Part shown: piece by piece, positions 54,164 through 64,000 of the stretch
How the letters are laid out: every line of letters starts with the position of its first letter
Numbering within the stretch: the first letter of the stretch is position 1
The notes under the pieces: model-generated
The model's input: only the letters and a program-made list of their open reading frames with translations
Told to the model about the DNA's origin: nothing
Databases searched by the model: none
Translations under genes and position numbers: made by a program
Origin: Trichoplax adhaerens
Lineage: Eukaryota > Animalia > Placozoa
NCBI RefSeq assembly: GCF_000150275.1
Contig: NW_002060953.1
Location: 841,693-905,692, forward strand
DNA: 64,000 bases
Reading direction: 5' to 3'

Positions 54164-55175
54164 AATCTATGCTCGTAACAGGATAAATAACATTTCATAT
54201 TAAAATGAGATGCTACTTCAGCCAGCTGTAAGCATTCTTGATAGAATAGAAATGTGCTTGGAAGGCTGCAGTATAATGCCAGGATCTACCGTTGCAATAT
54301 AATCTAACTTTGTACCCTAGGATCAGCATCTCGACTCATATTCCGTAAAATTGTTTACTATCATCTCAATGGAATACAGCTTGAACTTGCCACAAACTTA
54401 TACAATCCTTGCTATTGGTTGTCGCGTTAGGAAACTCTAGTACCTACATGATTACTTTATATCTTTTTATAATGCAAGCAATTTATCGTTAAGTTGTAAT
54501 CGGACTTTACATACCCTGATCTCATCATTATCGTCAAAGCCTTGTATCTGTAACAATGCGTACTATAACTATCTTATTCGCTGACAGCCTGAGTAATTAT
54601 CAGTAACTATCCTGCTAATAAAAGTCCTTGCTTCATCCTCAATCTGTCTCTACAATCTATGTGAATTAAGACATAATATCAAGGTATCCACTATACATCG
54701 CTTGTAACCTTCCCCTCAATGAAATTCGATCTAATCTTCAAACATTGTTATACAACAATTGCAATTTATCGCTGCTTGTGGTAATGTATCTTAAATCAGA
54801 AATAATCAAATTCGATAGCTTAAAATGTTTTGCTTATCACATAAATTACTTCTTCAACTAAGAACAAGACTAGATAACTCTTGGAGAAGAGATCTCGTGC
54901 TTCTATACACTATAATGATTCAATTACATCGGTAATCTCTAATTTATCTTTATCAAGTTATTCTCATAGTCTCTGATGTCCAACTACCTACTGTAAATAG
55001 GACATTCCTAATCCAAGGTACAATATTTACTATAACTATTTAGCACGGATATGTATCAATCTTACGTATTTACATATCACCTAGCAATTTCCTATAATCT
55101 GTCAAGGTATTTCAAGGACTGCAATACATTGCTTTAACGAACTGTAAACTTATATGATAGATTACGAATGTCCTT
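54164..55175 (+). repeat. ~1-kb dispersed duplicate inside CYP-D intron 1; second copy at 63037-64000
   Basis: Near-identical to the post-gap sequence, apart from a ~60-bp indel near 54690-54740 and scattered substitutions. Confidence 0.92.
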
Positions 55176-56541
55176 AATTAAAGGTTGTAGCTTACAACTT
55201 CTTGTATTAACAGAGGCTAAATCATAGCATTAAAAACTCTCGTAAATGATGGTATTGTTAATGTTTTCCCTTTATTAATGTACTTTTGGTTAACATGATT
55301 GTGTTATTATTATTCCATTAGGTACCTAGTCCTTCAACATAGTGGCCTTTCGGGGCATTTACCTATTCTTTTCAGAGAACTACCAGGCGATCCCTTCATC
55401 GTGTTCGTATTTACTGTACGTATTTGTATACATCAACGTCAAACATTTTGTATTTCTGTAATATCATATATTACCTACTTTAGACTATGCAATACACTGG
55501 AACTATATCGAAGCATAATAATTCGTCAAAGTTCACAAAATGATAGTCTTCATTGATCATTTTAATATGTTATAGCTGCTATGAAAATCAAAATTTAGTT
55601 GATGGATGAATTCTATCATGGGAACATTGTATTAGCCGATTTTTATTTTCTCAAAGTATTGAACAAAATCCTCTTGCCTAAGTCCAGATTTTCTAATTTC
55701 AGATGGAGTCAACAATACGGAGGAATCATCCGTTTATGTTTCCTTTTCTATAGCCAACAAATCGCTGTAACTGACCCAGAATATATTAAGCATGTCTTAG
55801 TTACACGTATTGATAATTACCGTAAGCCTACACTGATGAAAAGGTAATTAAAAAGTATGGATACTGATAAAATCTCGTGTTATTTTGAAGATAAAAAATT
55901 GGCAAATTTTTGATGCTGGGATTTAACACCGAATTTGCTTTCATACTAGCTTCGTAGTAAATATTCTTGGCGAAGGACTTATCTTAATAGACGGTGAAAA
56001 GCATACTTCTGCTCGTAAAGTTATAAATCCAGCATTTAAATATAATGAAATTAAAGGTAAAAAGAGGTGGTCTTAAAGCTATCTAGTTAATGGTAAAAAA
56101 TTTTCTAATAAGTATCGCTTTGATACTTTCTCAGTAGTTATCTAAGATCTTATACCTTTAAAGCTCTCATATAATTTCAAAGCTGCAGTATCACTAAATA
56201 AAATATGTAAATATTAGACTTGAACATTTTGCAAATAAAAAAGTCATACAATTATGTATTTCAGTTTCGTGACTGGGAAAAGATCTTGAACTGTATTCTT
56301 TCTGTTCGATGCTAGAGTTGGTACCCATTTTTCAAAATATTGCTCAAGATTTGATAAATTGCTGGCAGAATATAATTAACGAACATGGCGGTCAGAGAGC
56401 TACTTTGGATGTTCATAACGATTTATCGCGAACGACGCTAGATATTATATGCAAAATGTCCGTTTGATTATCACTGTAATTTATTAACAGATGAGACGAA
56501 TGAGTTTGCAGTTGCATTTGTAAAGATTTCAGGTGGTTTTA

Positions 56542-56899
56542 TGTAATAATATCTTCTTTAAGTAGCGTAAAGTATTTTAAGGTAGACGATGATAGAAGGT
56601 ATAAAGGATTTTATTGAGATACAAGTTACAGGCTAACAATGATATGGTTGTTATAGATAAGGTATTTGAGATAGCAGGAATGTAGGAACTGACTAACGAG
56701 TTAGCGTACAAGGGTATTTATAGGTTTTAGATGGGATTGAGATAATGTCTTTATATGTATAGCATGTCGTCTATATGTAGTCATGATGTCGTACATTATG
56801 AATGTAATACAATACAGTACTTAAACGGTATATGATAAATATTCGTATATTAGGATATTACTATACTAGGCATCTTCTATATAAGATCATAATGTTACA
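56542..56899 (-). mobile_element. Solo LTR (358 bp) inserted in CYP-D exon 5, with 6-bp TSD
   Basis: Termini TGTAA...TTACA with GTTTTA on both sides (56536-56541, 56900-56905). Removing the insert restores GGT GGT TTT ACT GTG GG|GTAAGT, matching the paralog exon end. Minus-strand TATAAATA and AATAAA are present. Confidence 0.85.
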
Positions 56900-58499
56900 G
56901 TTTTACTGTGGGGTAAGTTTAGGATACGTGTCTTCTAGAAATTTAGATCGCATTAATGTCTTATCGAGATTCTTTATTTCTTAATAAGTTTTATGCCGGG
57001 TTCAAAATATCTGCCTATTCCAAATAAAATGGAAGAAAATCGCATTTTTGTTTATTTGCCATAGTGCTGTCAAAAAAGTAATCGACGAAAAACTAGAGAA
57101 GACTGTTACAGGTACTAAAAAACAAATTTCTTAATTTAAATGTACATATTAACGTACATTGCATTAAATAGATCTACTGAATGCTTGTAACGTGAAGGCT
57201 TATATCTATAAACTCGCATCGAAATTTTCTATAGGAGAAGGAAAATGCTTATTAGATATTCTATTATCAATAAAAGACGAAGAAGGTAACGCAAGCTTCA
57301 CGCCTAAAGAGCTACAATATCATATTATGACCTTTCTGATCGCAGGCCATGAGGTTAGGACAAATGTATAATTAGATAACTGACCTACATAATAATAGCA
57401 ATAATAGTAAATGAGTATACGAGCCATTTAGTAACATTAATTTCTTAGCAATTTAAATACGATAACTGCATCCTGATCTTAATTAAGACTGCAAGTTCAG
57501 CTATGGCTTAGACATTACATGCACTGGCTAATAACTTTGACGTCCAAGAAAGGCTGCGTCAAAAAATTGGTAAGATTGTACGTCCAAATGATAACATAAC
57601 ATGGAACACCTTTGATGAATTGCCATACCTTGATAACGTTATTAAAGAGTTGCTTAGATATGTAATAATCTATAAAAATATTAAAGTGATTATTATGCGG
57701 CTTGCAAGAGTTGCATGTTTGACAAGAAAGTATTTTGAGTTCATTGTAATTCTTCGACAGACTTACATAATCTCTGTATTTTATCTTTTTTCAACCTACA
57801 GACTTTATCCACCAGTTCCACTTACTCTACGACAGACAATACATGACGATGAGATAGGGGGATATTTTGTTCCCAAAGGAACCGTTATTACGATTATACC
57901 ACCCTATAGGTACTATGAGTACTAATGCACTTGTCAACAATAATATACGTTTTATACAGAAGGAAAATATCATGTACTGTAGCATTTGATTTATTATCAT
58001 AGTTAAAATTTACACCTTTACACCTTACCACAGTATATATCTATAGTATGTGGCTAACTTTATGTATGCAAAATTTTGATTTTTAGTTACTACTTATAGT
58101 TAATTCGTTAGCTTTTGCAGGTTGTATATATAGATATTTTACATTCTTAAAATTTTGTAGGAATTCAAGGTGCTTCCAGAATCCTTTAAAATTTGATCCG
58201 GATAGATGGGACAACTCAGCTAAGAATATCAGTCCATATATTAATTTATCATTCCTTAGAGGTCCTCGAACTTGTATTGGCTCGAAGTTTGCAGAAACTG
58301 AACTTAAATGCATTCTATCTTTACTATTAAGTCATTTCTCTTTCCGTGTTGTTCTAAACCTGCCCGTTAAAAGAAAGTTAAGGACATCAATGAGACCAGA
58401 TCCAACTTTGAAACTTATCGTTCTACCTGTGTCGTCTTAGTAATAGTTCAATCCTTACTATTCATTATCCTTAAATTTAGAAATTTTGATTTAGTGGAA

Positions 58500-58892
58500 T
58501 TTGCTCCATATGCAAGCTATACGAGCGATCGCACATTAATATTGTCCCTCCTATCTAAACATTCAGCCATGTTTAATTCGCCCGGTAGTTTTTTGGCCAA
58601 TTTTTCTGCTTCTTGAATTGTGATATCGGCATTTGTCCATTCACCTGGTTCTTTATTGCTGTCTTCCATGTCTGCATGAATATTTTAATTGAAGTTGATA
58701 AAGTTCATCTTAATCATTCGGTGCTAATTCAATTTTTGCTAGGGCTTCTTGATAACAATATAATACTTGTGGATAGTTGCAATTTCCTTCAAATATCAGG
58801 CCCTTTTCACGAAGAGATTTTATTTCGTCAACGATCGCCAGCTCAGTAGACTCATTAGCCATGTTATTAAATTCGAACATGAAGAAAGCCAA
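58500..58892 (-). pseudogene. Degenerate TPR-repeat coding fragment
   Basis: GLIFEGNCNYPQVLYCYQEALAKIE, then after a stop and frameshift IHADMEDSNKEPGEWTNADITIQEAEKLAKKLPGELNMAECLDRRDNI. Both fit the TPR helix-pair pattern. Confidence 0.6.
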
Positions 58893-60599
58893 AATGTGAG
58901 AGAAAAAGGGCGTCTACGTCTTCTTCAAGCACGATAGATTTAATCTCTTCATGCTACTGTAGTTGTATCAGGATCTACCCTTAGTTTACCAATGTTAGCT
59001 ACTTTCTACATAACATAAATCTTGTTAAATCTATTTGAGCAGAAACTGAACTTGAGATTGGTGAGGTTAGACACACCCTTAATCACCTAGTGACGATCAA
59101 TAGCTCTAATACTGCTAGGGTTAAATGAAGATCAAATCGGTCGCATTAGACCCAGTATTATGATGTTGACGGTTGTTTCTACATCTCCTTTCAGTACAAA
59201 TAGTGATTATAATCAGCTACAAGTCTATCAATTGGTTTAAGCATAATGTCAGCTATAACTTGACTTAAAATAAACATAAGAAGAAAATCGGTACGATACG
59301 TTACAACTACAGTAGTATCTAATTATCATAATAAGGAATAAACTATCATTATAATTTTCTCTATGATATAAACTTGACTATCTATAAAGTCTAATGAAGA
59401 TGGCCCTTTTGCACCTATGTATAGCCGAGGTTGTAACCACCTGTTGAAACTTGTGCCAACGATTAATGTACTGAAAACTAGTGGATCATACAGTTCGTCG
59501 TTTCAATTTTACTTGTATATTACCACCAACGTTATCAGAAGGTGTCAACAGCCGAATTTTCGCTCATTTCCAATCTTTTATCGGAATGAGTCAGTAACTC
59601 AACAATTCTAGCTTGTAATTTACTTATTAGAGATAGATGGCCAATTGAGGAATGAGTTCGCAGCGAACGGTAATGTTCCTCGACGCTAAACATCAAAAAC
59701 CTGGATACTGATTCCAAGTAATATAAGCTATAAAAATGATTACACCGTCTATGTTCAGTATGCATATAATGAGGCTGCAGTTGAATCTAAATGCTAAACT
59801 AATCTACATATAGTTTAATCATCGACCAATTCAAATTAAACTCCGTTGTAACTTGTAAGTGTACGATTTAAATACCGATACCAGTACAGTATAGGTTCCA
59901 AAAATAGTCGATCACTGCTGACTGCTGTATCCCTCAAATTTTCCAGAAATTTAAGTCGCTGCAAGTCAGAGCATCGTCTATGGTATACAATGTACATTGC
60001 ACTCGTATTGGGAAGTCATGAACTACAGTGCATCTAGTTGTCTATGATAGAGTACACACAGACAGTAGAACATTATATGGGGTACATGGCATAGCGTGAC
60101 TTTCTATATTTATTTTGATACTTATTTAGTAGCTCATAACCATAGACTGCCGTGAAAGATTCTATGCTAGAGTACAGATAACTATATACAGTGGGGTGTT
60201 GAGTTACTGTTAAGGTTAGAGGTAAAAATAGAACAGTAATTTACATATTAGAATACGGCAAGTTCATGGTATTCTGATCAGTAGTGATAATGTTTACATA
60301 AATACTATAGTAGTTTCCATATTGGGTTAATAATGGTCCGCTGTGAAATGTTGTTATTAATAATAATCTAAATAAGTGTACAAAATGGTAGAATGTTACT
60401 ATGCTGATTATAGCTACGAATGCTACGAAAAGTATAGCATATAATTATTATTATATAACATATAAATAAAGTGCTTAACAACTTAAGATGCATGCGGTAC
60501 GATACTTCTCTGATATACTTAAATTCATGATTGGATGTACCGTGTATACTCGCACAAGAAAGTTCCATGCAAATAGTAAGTTAATTAGATTCGTGTAAG

Positions 60600-61117
60600 G
60601 TCCGAACCTGAAGGATTAGTATTACCGTTTACTACTAATACCTAACAGAAAGCATATAAGCTAACAATTTAGATTATTCTAGTAGTTCTTTTTAGAAGTA
60701 TTTAGTAATTGTATTCGGATAGAGTAGAGCTGCGTATGTACATCATCGGTGCACAAGATCTAATAAAGTTCTAATTTTCTACAAAATTTGGATCTTCGTG
60801 ATTGATTATATCTCATTCCTGCACTTACATATACTAGCATGAAGTAAATTAATAGAGATTAATCAATCGACGTTAGTTACAATAATTCCTTTATAGTCTA
60901 AATTATCAGAGTAGATCACTTCTCGTAAATCTTTCAGATACATTAACATTGATTTGATTTTATGGTCACTTTTGTATAATTGATTATCTTGGGCCAAACT
61001 TACCATTTCTTGCACTGTTATAATATTATGCACTCGTACCCTTCTAATTTGATTCATGATAGAAGATATCACTTCATTATCTTCATCAAGGATAGATTTG
61101 CTTAATTTGGTAGCCAT
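60600..61117 (-). pseudogene. Degenerate Roco-type COR domain fragment
   Basis: IITVQEMVSLA...IKSMLMYLKDLREVIYSDNLDYKGIIVTNVD*L matches the COR pattern LxYLHDLGxIIYF...VIxxxxWL, with TGG to TGA at 60863-60865. Confidence 0.6.
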
Positions 61118-62980
61118 AATATACCGTCAAACAGAAACAGGTTTACGAATAAATAGTAACAATTGTTCAAATATCTTAAGAACATGATGTAAACGAAGAC
61201 AACATTGCTGACGCAGATCTGAAGTTAATGGACTGGCAGATCAGGACTGCAATCAATAATAATACCAGAAGAGTAGCGATTGATCGTATAAGAAGGCATA
61301 GAAAACATTAATTCACAGACAAACTTATTGAATTGACAATCTTTTACTTCTACTTTTGAAATGCAATCACCATCAGAAGCTACTAGAATAACGATAGGTA
61401 ACGTACATTGTGCATTATTTCCATCAATATTAATATTAATTTTGCTTTGGCTACTAATTTGGCTAGCTAATAATTAGGTGTTGATGAGTAAGCTATCGAA
61501 TTCTGCTAATCACTTTATAAATGAGTAGTAATTAATTCTGCATTGGGTATATGACATCGACAAATACCCGAACATGTAAAGCAGCAACGACACTGTTGCT
61601 ATACCTTGCTATGTTGACAATAAACAAGTTAGTTTCGTTACTTAGCTAAAACACGTCTTTAACGCGAAGCAACAGTTTTGTGCACTATAACTCAACAGTC
61701 TTAAATAGTTTGTCAGATAATGTAAAGTAAGGAAAGAAGGCTCCAGTAATACGAACCTTTCACTGTTGCTAAATGTATCAGCTATTACGGTTAACAATTT
61801 ACGCTCAGTTACAGTCGTATCTCTAGCAGTATTCGATATATTTGCATTATTATGATACTAATTGTATCTTATGCGTTATTAATACGTGATTACTTCGTCT
61901 AGAAGCTTTAATTCACTTTCATCACTTAATTAATCAACATTCTATTAGAGTCAAATAATTATTTAATATACCATGCTGATAACACTGAATGATTTAGCGT
62001 AACAACTTTTTACTGCTCGTCTTCTGAATCTGTTTAACCATCGAAGATGATGGCTGCCACAAAACAGTCATAACAATACACGTGCAAGCAGTTTCTGTGA
62101 CTAGGTAGATTACCCTGAAGAGTCTGAACTAGAACGATGCACCAAAAAAATCATCTCAGTTACCGATTAAGAAGCTGCATTTACAATTCCTCATCTGGTG
62201 AGCGCGGTCTACTGCTGTTATCGACATTACACGACATACAGCAGTAGATAGGCTTGTATTATAGCCATTGCTGTAAGTTACTCCGCTGTGCGTATCTTTA
62301 TGTAGATTATTCATATCATGCTCCTACACTTTAATTTTAAATTATAAGTTGCAATGGCGACAACATAAAACTACGTACACATACTGGTATATAACTCAAT
62401 AATGAATATAAATACTACCAAAGGCTTGAACCCTGTCTACTTTTATTCCCTTTCCATTGCGGATGCATCTACTGCAAAGCGCAATATTCTAACCAATATA
62501 CTGTGGGCCTTTGCAACCATTTTTCATCTTGCCATGTAGAACCATGCATGAAGTTGAAGCTATGATAAGATGCAATACCTCGACGAGTAGGCACAACCTG
62601 AATAAGGGCAAGTTAGTATTATTTCTTGTCAACTTTTCATAAGGTATTTGAAACGTTCATTACTTTAGATTAGTAGCAATCAATGATTAATATTCCAACT
62701 GTAAGGGCCATTAGCGAAGAGGCTTACAGATAATATTACTCAAATATAGATTAGATTAGAGGTTAATTTAGTTGATTGGCTACTTACAAAGTAACCAAGT
62801 CCATAGTGCTACTCCTAGTCTACTTATCTAATATCCAAATCACAACAGCAACTCCTTAATCCAAACAATTATTCAAGACCAGGACCATGAGCAGCAATCA
62901 TTGCAAGTTGTAACCTGAGCGATCTGTCTCTCCCATTACATTATTTTTTTTGTTTTAGAATCTATAGATTGTCACCATAG
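61100..62980 (+). pseudogene. Heavily decayed cysteine-containing LRR (FBXL/AMN1-type) relic
   Basis: Frameshift-tolerant fragments LKSLN/ERCTKKIISVTD (~62115-62170), SGERGLLLLSTLHDIQQ (~62194-62250) and SNCK/AISEEAYR (~62695-62730). Confidence 0.35.
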
Positions 62981-62982
62981 AC

Positions 62983-63032
62983 NNNNNNNNNNNNNNNNNN
63001 NNNNNNNNNNNNNNNNNNNNNNNNNNNNNNNN
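62983..63032. other. Assembly gap (50 N)
   Basis: Run of N. Confidence 1.
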
Positions 63033-63036
63033 ATTC

Positions 63037-64000
63037 TAATCTATGCTCGTAACAGGATAAATAACATTTCATATTAAAATGAGATGCTACTTCAGCCAGC
63101 TGTAAGCATTCTTGATAGAATAGAAATGTGCTTGGAAGGCTGTAGCATAATCCAGGATCTACCGTTGCAATATAAGCTAACTTTGTACCCTAGGAGCATC
63201 TCGACTCATATTCCGTAAAATTGTTTACTATCATCTCAATGGAATACAGCTTGAGCGTGTCACAAACTTATACTATCCTTGCTATTGGTTGTCGCGTTAG
63301 GAAACTCTAGTACCTACATGATTACTTTATATCTTTTTATAATGCAAGCAATTTATCGTTAAGTTGTAATCGGACTTTACACACCCTGATCTCATCATTA
63401 TCGTCAAAGACTTGTATCTGTAACAATGCGTACTATAACTATCTTATCCGCTGACAGCCTGAGTAATTATCAGTAACTACCCTGCTAATAAAAGTCCTTG
63501 CTTCATCCTCAATCTGTCTCTACAATCTATGTGAATTAAGACATAATATCAAGGTATCAAACATTGTTATACAACAATTGCAATTTATCGCTGCTTGTGG
63601 TAATGTATCTTAAATCAGAAATAATCAAATTTGATAGCTTAAAATGTTTTGCTTATCACATAAATTACTTCTTCAACTAAGAACAAGACTAAATAACTCT
63701 TGGAGAAGAGATCTCGTGCTTCTATACACTATAATGATTCAACTACATCTAGATCGGTAATCTCTAATTTATCTTTATCAAGTTATTCTCATAGTCTCTG
63801 ATGTCCAACTACCTACTGTAAATAGGACATTCCTATCCAAGGTACAATATTTACTATAACTATTTAGCACGGATATGTATCAATCTTACGTATTTACATA
63901 TCACCTAGCAATTTCATATAATCTGTCAAGGTATTTCAAGGACTGCAATACATTGCTTTAACGAACTGTAAACTTGTATGATAGATTACGAATGTCCTTA
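63037..64000 (+). repeat. Second copy of the CYP-D intron 1 segment (runs off the window end)
   Basis: Colinear with 54164-55175. Confidence 0.92.

Larger units (their letters stand above)
53319..58440 (+). pseudogene. Cytochrome P450 pseudogene (CYP-D)
   Basis: All 10 exons are recognisable. Lesions: ATG to ATA (53319), TAA at 53394, TAG at 55340 plus a +1 frameshift, a +1 frameshift at ~56456, a solo LTR in exon 5, TGG to TAG in exon 8 (~57509), and exon 8 donor GT to AT. Heme motif FLRGPRTCIG is retained. Confidence 0.92.

Noticed and set aside
1-64000. tRNA or rRNA genes
   Set aside because: No cloverleaf, A/B-box or rRNA-like sequence was recognised.

Overview
AT-rich eukaryotic (animal) genomic DNA with short GT-AG introns and one 50-N assembly gap. 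Composition and gene content resemble a placozoan such as Trichoplax, but this is inference only. The left half holds two paralogous intron-containing single-pass membrane proteins (LRR caps, a furin site and several PPxY/LPxY motifs). They flank two intronless class A GPCRs that have lost most canonical activation microswitches. The right half is a compact enzyme cluster: three intact 10-exon cytochrome P450s, one P450 pseudogene, and two intronless histamine-N-methyltransferase-like SAM methyltransferases. The methyltransferases arose through a local duplication that also copied a P450 last-exon fragment, and they differ at the residue equivalent to HNMT Glu28. Also present are three solo LTRs (two with exact TSDs, one with a near-exact TSD), tandem repeats in divergent promoter regions, and decayed TPR, Roco-COR and cysteine-containing LRR relics. 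All exon models were read by eye from splice signals and phase consistency; no searches were run.
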